NCBI GenBank assembly: GCA_017620815.1
Contig: JAGAUI010000037.1
Location: forward strand, 3,047 to 67,046
Direction: 5' to 3'
DNA from: Flavobacteriales bacterium
Lineage (GTDB): Bacteria > Bacteroidota > Bacteroidia > Flavobacteriales > UBA1820
DNA length: 64,000 nt
Both the position numbers and the translations under genes were made by a program. The notes under the pieces were generated by a model. It searched no databases, had not been told where the DNA came from, and was given only the letters and a program-made list of their open reading frames with translations. Below are positions 35,381 to 44,504 of the stretch, piece by piece. How positions within the stretch are numbered: position 1 is the first letter of the stretch; every line of letters begins with the position of its first letter.

Positions 35381-36862
35381 ATGGACGTACTTCTCTGGTC
35401 TAGACTCCAATTTGCTATGACGGCGGCCTACCACTGGCTTTTTGTCCCACTTACACTGGGACTGGCACTGGTCATAGCGGTAATGGAGACGCTTTATGTA
35501 GTCAAAAAAGATGACTACTGGAAAAAAACTACACAGTTCTGGATGAAACTCTTTGCTATCAATTTTGCGGTAGGGATAGCTACTGGCATCATACTGGAGT
35601 TTGAGTTTGGAACCAACTGGAGCAACTATTCGTGGTTTGTGGGGGACATATTTGGTGCTCCATTAGCCATAGAAGGAATACTAGCTTTCTTTATGGAGGC
35701 TACGTTTTTTGCGGTGATGTTCTTCGGGTGGGAAAAGGTAAGCAAACGCTTTCATCTTATATCCACTTGGCTTACAGGCATAGGAGCATCTATTTCTGCC
35801 TACTGGATACTGGTAGCCAATAGCTGGATGCAACACCCTGTGGGAACTACATTTAATCCCGATACTGTGCGTAGTGAGATGGCATCGGTAGAGGCGTTTT
35901 GGGAGGTGATAAGTAACCCTGTGGCAGTAAGCAAATTTATACATTCGGTAACTAGTGGTTGGGTTACTGGTGGTGTATTTGTAGTGGGAGTGAGTTGTTA
36001 TTATCTATTGAGAGGTAGAAAAATAGAATTTGCCAGAAAGAGTGCATTGGTGGGTGCGGCAGTAGGTATGATGGGAACATTGGCGGTGATGTTTTCGGGA
36101 GACATATCGGGTATCCACACCGCCGAATTCCAACCTATGAAACTCGCCGCCGCCGAAGGTCTTGAAGATGGAGGACGTCGTGCTCCGTTTAGCATAGTGC
36201 CAGGTGTAGAGATACCCGGAATGCTCTCCATCCTAGCCACACACGATATAGATGGATATGTACCCGGCATAAATGATATCATAAACGGATACACAGATAA
36301 CCAAGGCAATGTCATACCATCGGTAGCAGAAAAGATGGAAAAGGGGCGTCTGGCTCTTTCATCTCTAGAAGAATATCGCAACCTTAAAGACACAGACCCA
36401 GATGCGGCAGCACTAGCACGTGGCGTTCTGGAGGAGAATGTGCAGTATATGGGTTATGGGTATCTAGAAAAACCCGAAGACGTGATACCACCAGTGGATA
36501 TGGTTTATTGGTCATTCCGTGTGATGGTAGGCGGAGGTATGTTCCTAGCGTTGGTATTGCTGCTGGTGTTATGGTATGGATATAAAGGACATATAGAAAA
36601 AACAAAATGGTTACAGTGGGTGGCAATGCTTTCGGTGCCGCTAGTATATCTCACAGGACAGGTGGGCTGGATAGTGGCTGAAGTAGGCCGTCAGCCGTGG
36701 ACCATACAGGGACTCCTACCAGTAAATGTGGCGACCTCCAGTGTAAGTCTAGCCGCTGTACAGACTACTTTCTTTGTGTTCTTGGCGGTATTTGCACTAT
36801 TTCTTATCATAGAGATAAGGATAATGATAAATGCCATAAAAAAAGGTCCCGAAGTAGAATAA
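35381..36862 (+). CDS. cydA: Cytochrome bd ubiquinol/menaquinol oxidase subunit I
   Basis: 493 aa. The N-terminus LSRLQFAMTAAYHWLFVPLTLG and the Q-loop region are typical of CydA. Confidence 0.95.
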   Translation: MDVLLWSRLQFAMTAAYHWLFVPLTLGLALVIAVMETLYVVKKDDYWKKTTQFWMKLFAINFAVGIATGIILEFEFGTNWSNYSWFVGDIFGAPLAIEGILAFFMEATFFAVMFFGWEKVSKRFHLISTWLTGIGASISAYWILVANSWMQHPVGTTFNPDTVRSEMASVEAFWEVISNPVAVSKFIHSVTSGWVTGGVFVVGVSCYYLLRGRKIEFARKSALVGAAVGMMGTLAVMFSGDISGIHTAEFQPMKLAAAEGLEDGGRRAPFSIVPGVEIPGMLSILATHDIDGYVPGINDIINGYTDNQGNVIPSVAEKMEKGRLALSSLEEYRNLKDTDPDAAALARGVLEENVQYMGYGYLEKPEDVIPPVDMVYWSFRVMVGGGMFLALVLLLVLWYGYKGHIEKTKWLQWVAMLSVPLVYLTGQVGWIVAEVGRQPWTIQGLLPVNVATSSVSLAAVQTTFFVFLAVFALFLIIEIRIMINAIKKGPEVE

Positions 36863-36882
36863 TCATATAAACAGGAAAAACT

Positions 36883-38022
36883 ATGTCATATATATTTTTA
36901 CAAAACTACTGGTGGTGCTTGATATCCCTACTAGGGGGATTGCTAGTGTTCCTGATGTTTGTACAGGGAGCCAATCTGCACCTTGTAAACCCTCGTCTTA
37001 CTGCCATAGAAAAAAATATGGTGGTAAACTCTACGGGACGTAAATGGGAACTGGCATTTACGACTCTTGTTACATTTGGTGGGGCGTTTTTTGCGTCATT
37101 CCCATTGTTTTACAGCACGAGCTTCGGTGGTGCATACTGGGTATGGATACTTCTGCTATTGACATTTGTATTCCAAGCCGTATCATATGAATTCCTCAAT
37201 AAAAAAGACAACCTACTAGGAGTAAAAGGTTTCCGCATAGCTCTAGTAGCCAATGGTTTTCTAGCCCCATTTGTAGTGGGGGTGGCGGTAGGAACGTTCT
37301 TTACAGGTAGTGATTTTGTGGTGAACAAGATGGCTATCCTAGATAGTGCTGCACCTGTTATAAGCACATGGGGGAACTCGTGGAGAGGGCTAGAGGCTCT
37401 ATCTAGTCCACATGCTGTATTATTGGGATTGGCACTAGTGGGGCTTACAGGGATACTGGGAGCACTTTATATAATCAATAACGTACAGGATGACAGTCTA
37501 GAAGAAAAGATGCGTCGTGCCATACGTGTTTTTGCATTGCCATTCCTAGTGTGCTTTATAGCATGGGTAGTAATCCTCCTGCTGAGGGATGGATATGCAG
37601 TAGATGAAACAGGAGTGGTATTTATGGAAGAGTACAAATACCTGCACAACCTGCTAGATATGCCAGCGGTGATAGTTATGTTGCTGGTAGGAGTGGTGGG
37701 TGTGCTGCTGGGACTATGGGCAGGGGCTTTCACCACATCTCGTTATGGTATATGGACAGCAGGTACTGGTACCGTACTGGTGGTTATGAGCGTATTTTTC
37801 ATAGCAGGATTTAATGGAACGGCATACTACCCTTCATCTACCGACCTTCAAAGTTCGCTAACTATAGCCAATAGTTCGTCAAGTAGTTTCACACTGACGG
37901 TCATGTCGTGTGTATCGCTGCTTATCCCATTTGTGCTGGCATATATAGTGTATGCATGGAGGGCGATGGACAAAACCAAAATCACTCAAGACGAGATAGA
38001 ATCCACACCTCATAAATACTAG
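36883..38022 (+). CDS. cydB: Cytochrome bd oxidase subunit II
   Basis: 379 aa polytopic membrane protein directly downstream of cydA. Confidence 0.9.
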   Translation: MSYIFLQNYWWCLISLLGGLLVFLMFVQGANLHLVNPRLTAIEKNMVVNSTGRKWELAFTTLVTFGGAFFASFPLFYSTSFGGAYWVWILLLLTFVFQAVSYEFLNKKDNLLGVKGFRIALVANGFLAPFVVGVAVGTFFTGSDFVVNKMAILDSAAPVISTWGNSWRGLEALSSPHAVLLGLALVGLTGILGALYIINNVQDDSLEEKMRRAIRVFALPFLVCFIAWVVILLLRDGYAVDETGVVFMEEYKYLHNLLDMPAVIVMLLVGVVGVLLGLWAGAFTTSRYGIWTAGTGTVLVVMSVFFIAGFNGTAYYPSSTDLQSSLTIANSSSSSFTLTVMSCVSLLIPFVLAYIVYAWRAMDKTKITQDEIESTPHKY

Positions 38023-38038
38023 CCATTAGAATGATTTC

Positions 38039-38073
38039 AAAACTATCCCCGCACGCGTGCGGGGATAGTTTTT
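38039..38073 (+). terminator. Rho-independent terminator after cydB
   Basis: Perfect palindrome aaaactatccccgcacg|cgtgcggggatagtttt. Confidence 0.85.
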
Positions 38074-38170
38074 AAGAGGAAGATAGCCTATGATAAAACT
38101 ACGGAAAGATTTTAACATAAATAAGAGATAAAAAAATACCAAATCAAGAAATTGGTACGACAAATATCTG

Positions 38171-38178
38171 TACATTTG
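38171..38178 (+). promoter_or_regulatory. -7 promoter box (TACATTTG) for the rhamnose operon
   Basis: Matches TAnnTTTG, 30 nt upstream of the rhaB ATG. Confidence 0.5.
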
Positions 38179-38207
38179 ATGGCAGAACCACATAAACTCA
38201 TATAGTT

Positions 38208-39632
38208 ATGACTACTCACAAGTTTTTGGCATTTGATTTGGGGGCTACTAGTGGCCGTGCTGTCATAGGATGTCTAGGCAGTGAAGGACTCACTATAGAA
38301 GAAATACATCGTTTCCCCAATGCTATACTCTCGCTACATAACAAATACTATTGGGATATATATCGTCTGTATTCAGAACTGGTGTATAGCCTTAAACTGT
38401 GTGCCAAAAGAGGTATCATACCACAATCAATAGGAATAGATACTTGGGGCGTGGACTATGGTTGTATAGGGGAGGATGGTACTATACTTGGATTGCCACG
38501 CTCATACCGCGACCCATATACCATAGGAGCTGCCGATGAGTTCTTTACTCACATACCACGCGATACTGTTTATCAAAAGACAGGGATACAGGTGATGGAT
38601 TTTAATACTCTGTACCAAATGTATCGTGCAGCAAAAGAAGACTTCTCTCCGCTTAAAAATGCCCACAAAGTGCTGTTTATGCCAGACCTGCTCTCATATA
38701 TGCTCACTGGCAATATGGTGTGTGAATATACCGATGCATCTACATCACAGATACTCAATCCTAGGGATAAGACATTTGATGGGGAACTGCTTAAGGAGGC
38801 AGGAGTGTATCCATCTTTGTTCCCAGATATAGTAATGCCGGGCACACTGGTGGGTAATTTAAGTGATGAAGTGTGTAGGCAGACGGGACTACCTCCCATA
38901 CCTGTGGTAGCCGTAGCTGGGCATGATACGGCATCGGCTGTGGCGGCTGTCCCATCGGCAGATGAGAATTTTGCATATCTGTCTAGTGGAACGTGGAGTC
39001 TGATGGGAATAGAGAGCAGTGAAGCTATCATCACGCAGGAGTCTATGGAAGAAAACTTCACCAACGAAGGAGGTATAGATGCAACGACTCGTTTCCTGAA
39101 AAACATAACGGGAATGTGGTTGCTAGAAGAGTGTATGCGTAGTTGGGAGAAAGAAGGTTATACATATTCCTATCCCGAGATAGTAGAGATGGCACATAGT
39201 GCATCATATTTTACTACACTCATAGAGCCAGACCATAAATTGTTCACATGTCCAGAAGATATGCCAAAGGCTATAAATACATATTGTAAAGAAAAAGGTC
39301 TTAAAGCTCCTTCTACCCATGCCGAATATGTGAGATGTATATTTGCATCGCTGGCATCTCGTTATGCTCATGTATTGGAAGTGTTGAAAAGGATGTCTCC
39401 TCATCCTATAGAACGTCTGCATGTGATAGGAGGAGGTTGTAAAAATGCTCTGTTGTGTCAAATGACAGCCGATGCAATAGGTATGCCAGTGGTAGCAGGC
39501 CCTGCCGAAGCTACAGCCATAGGTAATATAATGCTCCAAGCTAGATATGCAGGTATCGTATCCTCTCGATGGGATATGCGTAGGGCAATAGCTAGTGGGA
39601 TAGAGACTATCACATATAATCCAAAAAGATAA
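38208..39632 (+). CDS. rhaB: Rhamnulokinase
   Basis: 474 aa FGGY-family kinase (FDLGATSGR, GHDTASA). First gene of a rhaB-rhaA-rhaT-rhaD cluster. Confidence 0.9.
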   Translation: MTTHKFLAFDLGATSGRAVIGCLGSEGLTIEEIHRFPNAILSLHNKYYWDIYRLYSELVYSLKLCAKRGIIPQSIGIDTWGVDYGCIGEDGTILGLPRSYRDPYTIGAADEFFTHIPRDTVYQKTGIQVMDFNTLYQMYRAAKEDFSPLKNAHKVLFMPDLLSYMLTGNMVCEYTDASTSQILNPRDKTFDGELLKEAGVYPSLFPDIVMPGTLVGNLSDEVCRQTGLPPIPVVAVAGHDTASAVAAVPSADENFAYLSSGTWSLMGIESSEAIITQESMEENFTNEGGIDATTRFLKNITGMWLLEECMRSWEKEGYTYSYPEIVEMAHSASYFTTLIEPDHKLFTCPEDMPKAINTYCKEKGLKAPSTHAEYVRCIFASLASRYAHVLEVLKRMSPHPIERLHVIGGGCKNALLCQMTADAIGMPVVAGPAEATAIGNIMLQARYAGIVSSRWDMRRAIASGIETITYNPKR

Positions 39633-39659
39633 TTATTTAACTAAACAAAACATATAGAT

Positions 39660-40916
39660 ATGAAAGATACAGATATTTTGTCTGCATACCAGAGTGCCAA
39701 AGAACGTTATGCAGCACTAGGTGTAGATACAGACCTTGCACTAGAAAAACTGGAAAAGATTTCGTTGTCGTTACATTGTTGGCAAGCCGATGATGTAACA
39801 GGTTTTGAAGCACAAGGAGAGAGCCTTTCTGGAGGGATACAGGTAACGGGTAATTATCCTGGAAGAGCCCGCAATGTAGATGAGTTAAGAGAAGATATTC
39901 TCAAGGCATCATCACTTATAGGAGGTAAACATCGTCTTAATCTACACGAGATATATGGCGAATTTGGAGGGAAGAAGGTGGACCGCGATGAGGTGCTGCC
40001 AGAACATTTTGAGGGTTGGATGCAGTGGGCAGATGAACATGGCATGTACCTAGATTTCAATAGTACATCATTTTCCCACCCGAAAAGCGGAGATATGACA
40101 TTATCCCACCCCAATGATGACATTCGCAATTTCTGGATACGCCATACCAAAGCATGCCGAGCCATAGCCGAAGAGATGGGAAAAAGGCAGGGCGACCCTT
40201 GTATGATGAATCTATGGATACACGATGGAAGTAAAGAAGTACCAGTTAATCGTTTGAGATACCGTAAGATACTGGAAGAGAGTCTGGATGATATATTTTC
40301 TATCAAATATGAAAATATGAAAGACTGCATAGAGGCCAAACTCTTTGGTATAGGGCTGGAGAATTACACTGTGGGTTCATATGATTTCTATCTAGGTTAT
40401 GGAGCCAAAAAAGGCAAGATAGTAACACTGGATACAGGTCATTTCCATCTTACAGAAAGTATAGCCGATAAAGTATCTTCACTGCTACTGTTCACTCCCG
40501 AGATAATGCTCCACGTGAGCCGTCCTGTGAGATGGGATAGTGACCATGTGGTTACTATGACCGATGATTTGCTAGACCTAGCAAGAGAGATAGTACGCAG
40601 CGATGCACTAGAGCGTGTTCATATAGGTCTAGACTATTTTGATGCAACGATAAACCGCATAGGAGCATATGTGATAGGTTGTAGAGCCACACAAAAGGCA
40701 TTTTTGCAGGCATTGCTAGAACCACAGCTATTGCTCAACCAGTATGAAGATAGCGGTAAGTATTTCCAACGTCTAGCTGTGCAAGAAGAGCTCAAGAGTA
40801 TGCCTTGGCAGGCGGTGTGGGATATGTTCTGTATGAAGATGAATGTGCCTGTAGGCGAAAGCTATATCCTCGAAATAGAAAAATATGAACAGACAGTAAC
40901 TTCAAAACGAGTATAG
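39660..40916 (+). CDS. rhaA: L-rhamnose isomerase
   Basis: 418 aa. Full-length resemblance to RhaA (LHCWQ...D, NLHAIY-like NLHEIY, DTGHF). Confidence 0.93.
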   Translation: MKDTDILSAYQSAKERYAALGVDTDLALEKLEKISLSLHCWQADDVTGFEAQGESLSGGIQVTGNYPGRARNVDELREDILKASSLIGGKHRLNLHEIYGEFGGKKVDRDEVLPEHFEGWMQWADEHGMYLDFNSTSFSHPKSGDMTLSHPNDDIRNFWIRHTKACRAIAEEMGKRQGDPCMMNLWIHDGSKEVPVNRLRYRKILEESLDDIFSIKYENMKDCIEAKLFGIGLENYTVGSYDFYLGYGAKKGKIVTLDTGHFHLTESIADKVSSLLLFTPEIMLHVSRPVRWDSDHVVTMTDDLLDLAREIVRSDALERVHIGLDYFDATINRIGAYVIGCRATQKAFLQALLEPQLLLNQYEDSGKYFQRLAVQEELKSMPWQAVWDMFCMKMNVPVGESYILEIEKYEQTVTSKRV

Positions 40917-40917
40917 T

Positions 40918-41934
40918 ATGGAAATAATCATAGGATTACTCATCATAGCGGTGGGTAGTTTTGGGCAGTCCAGTTCCTATGTGCCTATCAATAAAATCAA
41001 ACAATGGTCATGGGAGAGTTTTTGGCTGGTGCAAGGTGTATTTGCGTGGATAGTATTTCCATATATGGGGGCAATGCTTGCTGTCCCCGAAGGCAGTAGC
41101 CTATGGCAGATAATTTCTACCTCTCCATCATCGGCACTGCATGCTGCGTTTTATGGTATGTTGTGGGGTGTAGGCGGACTTACATTTGGACTTTCAATGA
41201 GGTATCTGGGTGTTGCTCTAGGGCAGAGTATAGCACTAGGTACGTGTTCGGCATTTGGAACTATAATACCAGCACTCATAGCAGGGGAGAACTTACTGGA
41301 GGGTAGTGGTCTTATACTTCTGGTAGGAGTATCTGTAACCATTGCGGGTATAGCTGTGATAGGATATGCCGGTAGTATGCGAGCCAAAAACATGAGCGAA
41401 GAGGAGAAAAAAGCTGCAGTCAAAGACTTTGCATTGGGACGAGGTCTGGCAGTTGCATTGCTGGCAGGTGTGATGAGTGCGTGTTTTAATCTAGGACTAC
41501 AGTCTGGCGAGGCACTAGTGGTAGATGGAGCTAACGAATTATTCAAGACTCTACCTACTACTATGATGGTAACACTGGGAGGATTTATAACCAATGCTGT
41601 GTATTGCCTCTACCAAAACGTTAAAAATCATACATTCTCAGACTATGGTAACAGCAGTGTTCTAGTACCAAATGTCTTACTATGTGCATTGGCAGGGGGG
41701 CTATGGTATTCGCAGTTCTTTGGGCTGGGTATGGGCAAGAGCTTTCTGGCATCATCTCCCGTCATGCTAGCATTTTCATGGAGTATTCTCATGGCACTCA
41801 ATGTAGTGTTCAGTAATGTGTGGGGTATAATCCTCCGCGAATGGAAAGGAGCTGGGCGTTCTACTGCCTATGTGCTTACCATAGGAATGGCGATACTTAT
41901 ACTATCTGCCTTTTTACCCAATATATTGGGCTAG
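40918..41934 (+). CDS. rhaT: L-rhamnose/H+ symporter
   Basis: 338 aa with about 10 TM helices. N-terminus GLLIIAVGSFGQSSSYVP is typical of RhaT. Confidence 0.9.
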   Translation: MEIIIGLLIIAVGSFGQSSSYVPINKIKQWSWESFWLVQGVFAWIVFPYMGAMLAVPEGSSLWQIISTSPSSALHAAFYGMLWGVGGLTFGLSMRYLGVALGQSIALGTCSAFGTIIPALIAGENLLEGSGLILLVGVSVTIAGIAVIGYAGSMRAKNMSEEEKKAAVKDFALGRGLAVALLAGVMSACFNLGLQSGEALVVDGANELFKTLPTTMMVTLGGFITNAVYCLYQNVKNHTFSDYGNSSVLVPNVLLCALAGGLWYSQFFGLGMGKSFLASSPVMLAFSWSILMALNVVFSNVWGIILREWKGAGRSTAYVLTIGMAILILSAFLPNILG

Positions 41935-41949
41935 GGAAACATTTAAGTT

Positions 41950-42768
41950 ATGTGTAATATGATAGAAGAAAACATAATCCTTAATAAAGAAATAGCCAAA
42001 ATAGCCGAAGTCGCAGGTTATCTATGGCAACGCGGTTGGGCGGAATACAACGGAGGAAATATATCGGTATGTGTGACTCATGCTCTCAGAGATGATGAAA
42101 AAAAAGTCCCTGCTATAAGTCCTCGTGTAGAACTGCCAGTGGTAATGTCCCATCTATGTGGAGATGTGTTTTATGTTACAGGTACAGGCAAACGTATGCG
42201 TTATGTGTCCAGTGATGTGTGGGATAATGGTTCGCTTATACGTATAAGTGATGATGGTTCATACTATGAAATCATATATAAAAACCCTGTGCGTCCTACA
42301 TCTGAACTGCCATCACATCTCTCTATGCATGACTATATGAGAGAGATAGGAAGGGATTCACGGGTGGTGCTACACACACATCCTACCGACCTTATAGCTC
42401 TCACTCATGATACACATTGGCTGGATAGTGAAAACATTACTCATATGCTGTGGAGTATGATTCCCGAATGCCGTATTATAGTTCCTAGAGGAGTGGGAAT
42501 AGTGCCTTATGAGATACCGGGAACTATGGATTTGGCACGTTCCACCATAAAACAACTCAAAAATCACGATGTAGTATTCTGGGAGAAACATGGAATACTA
42601 GCTACAGGAGCCGACGTAGTGGATTGTTTTGATGTGATAGACACACTTAGTAAATCGGCACAGATATATCTCACGGCACGTACAGCAGGATTTATCCCCG
42701 AGGGTATGAGTGATAAACAATTGGACGACCTAGTTGTGGCGTTTCATCTAGAAAAATACCAAAAGTAA
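41950..42768 (+). CDS. rhaD: Rhamnulose-1-phosphate aldolase
   Basis: 272 aa class II aldolase (GWAEYNGGNIS, HTHPT). The start may instead be M4 at 41959. Confidence 0.9.
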   Translation: MCNMIEENIILNKEIAKIAEVAGYLWQRGWAEYNGGNISVCVTHALRDDEKKVPAISPRVELPVVMSHLCGDVFYVTGTGKRMRYVSSDVWDNGSLIRISDDGSYYEIIYKNPVRPTSELPSHLSMHDYMREIGRDSRVVLHTHPTDLIALTHDTHWLDSENITHMLWSMIPECRIIVPRGVGIVPYEIPGTMDLARSTIKQLKNHDVVFWEKHGILATGADVVDCFDVIDTLSKSAQIYLTARTAGFIPEGMSDKQLDDLVVAFHLEKYQK

Positions 42769-42772
42769 TAGT

Positions 42773-44497
42773 ATGGATATAAGAAAAACATTCTTTTTAT
42801 CTTTCTTGCTACTCTCACTCACAGTTGTAGCACAGAAGAGTAATCTAGTGAGGGAGTATGTTTCTCCATCAAGGGTGGTGTCATGTACTGGAGATGTGAG
42901 TAACGTAGAACGTCTGCTTAAAAAGGGTATAGGACAGTCCACTTTGAGTAATGATGATGTATGTGCTATAAAAGGGCGTGCTACTATCATACTTGACTAT
43001 GGGGAAGAACTGCACGGAGGGCTGCAGATAGTAACAGGTATGTCTCCTACTGCGGGGCCACAGAATCTTCATATCACATTTGGAGAGAGTGTGAGCGAAG
43101 CCATGAGTCGTGAAGGAGAAAAAGGAGCTACCAATGACCACGCTATGCGTTGTCTAGATGTGAAAGTCCCTTGGTTGGGGGTGGCAGAAATAGGCAATAC
43201 GGGATACAGATTCTTGCGTATAGAAACTCTAGATGATAATGCCACACTTTTTTTAAGAGAAATAAGAGCAGTATCTGTGTATAGAGATATAGAACGTGTT
43301 GGTTCATTTGAGAGTGATGATAGCCTGCTTAACAGGATATGGGATGTAGGTGCTAGAACAGTTCATCTATGTATGCAGGATTATCTATGGGATGGGATAA
43401 AACGCGACCGTCTGGTATGGATAGGAGATATGATGCCCGAAGTCATGTCTATCCTCTCTATATATGGTGCCGATGATATTATCCCCCGTAGCTTAGACCT
43501 CACGCGAGATGCTACGCCTCTACCGGGGTGGATGAATGGCATTAGCTCTTATTCATTGTGGTGGATACTTCTTCACGAGAAATGGTATGAGTACACGGGT
43601 GATATCACATATCTGCAAAAGCAGGCGGATTATCTTTATCCACTTGTGGAACAGATTATCTCTACCATAGATAAAGACGGTCGTGAACATCTAGGAGGTA
43701 CGCGTTTCCTAGACTGGCCTTCCAATGCCAATACTATGGCGGTAGATGCAGGATTACAAGCACTTACAGTGATGACACTCTCTAGCGGGGAGAAACTATG
43801 TCGCATACTGGGGAATGAGGCATTGGCAGATAAATGTCATTCATATCATCAGAAGACATTTGCTGCTGCCAGGAAAGTGGCTCGTGATTTTGTAAAAAAG
43901 AATACCAATCCCATAGGTGAGAAACAGGCCGTATCATTACTCTCATTGTGTGGGGCAATAGATAGCCATCAAGCCGCCAGTATTATAGAAAAAAACACTA
44001 CCGATGGTTTCTCTACATTCTATGGTTATTTCATGTGTGAAGCACTAGCAAAGGCTTCGCATCATAAAGAGGCTATGGATATTATCAAACGCTATTGGGG
44101 AGGTATGCTTAAAATGGGAGCGACATCGTTCTGGGAGGATTTTGATTTAAGATGGATAGAAAACGCAAGCCCTATAGACCAGATAGTACCTGCGGGTGGT
44201 ATAGATATACATGGGGACTTCGGAGCGTATTGTTATAAAGGTTTCCGTCATAGTCTGTGTCATGGTTGGGCGAGTGGGCCTACATCGTGGTTGTCTCATC
44301 ATGTATTGGGTGTAGAGGTGATGGATACTGCTTGCCGTAAGGTACGTATTATTCCTCATTTAGGACATCTTAAATGGGTAAAAGGAACATATCCTACCCC
44401 ATATGGAGCTATAAGAATTGAGCATCGTGTGATGGAAAACGGCGAAATAAAAACCGAAATAGAAGCACCAAAAGAAATAACAATTATAAGACAATAA
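42773..44497 (+). CDS. GH78-like alpha-L-rhamnosidase-related six-hairpin glycosidase
   Basis: 574 aa with a signal peptide. The segment DGIKRDRLVWIGDM is comparable to the GH78 DCPxRErxxWxGD motif. Lies directly downstream of rhaD. Confidence 0.6.
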   Translation: MDIRKTFFLSFLLLSLTVVAQKSNLVREYVSPSRVVSCTGDVSNVERLLKKGIGQSTLSNDDVCAIKGRATIILDYGEELHGGLQIVTGMSPTAGPQNLHITFGESVSEAMSREGEKGATNDHAMRCLDVKVPWLGVAEIGNTGYRFLRIETLDDNATLFLREIRAVSVYRDIERVGSFESDDSLLNRIWDVGARTVHLCMQDYLWDGIKRDRLVWIGDMMPEVMSILSIYGADDIIPRSLDLTRDATPLPGWMNGISSYSLWWILLHEKWYEYTGDITYLQKQADYLYPLVEQIISTIDKDGREHLGGTRFLDWPSNANTMAVDAGLQALTVMTLSSGEKLCRILGNEALADKCHSYHQKTFAAARKVARDFVKKNTNPIGEKQAVSLLSLCGAIDSHQAASIIEKNTTDGFSTFYGYFMCEALAKASHHKEAMDIIKRYWGGMLKMGATSFWEDFDLRWIENASPIDQIVPAGGIDIHGDFGAYCYKGFRHSLCHGWASGPTSWLSHHVLGVEVMDTACRKVRIIPHLGHLKWVKGTYPTPYGAIRIEHRVMENGEIKTEIEAPKEITIIRQ

Positions 44498-44504
44498 AAA
44501 CATT

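Noticed and set aside
38573-41594. Long antisense ORFs within rhaB (177 aa), rhaA (161 aa) and rhaT (147 aa).
   Set aside because: The sense-strand products are full-length matches to well-known enzymes. The antisense products are Ser/Pro/Arg-rich with no motifs.
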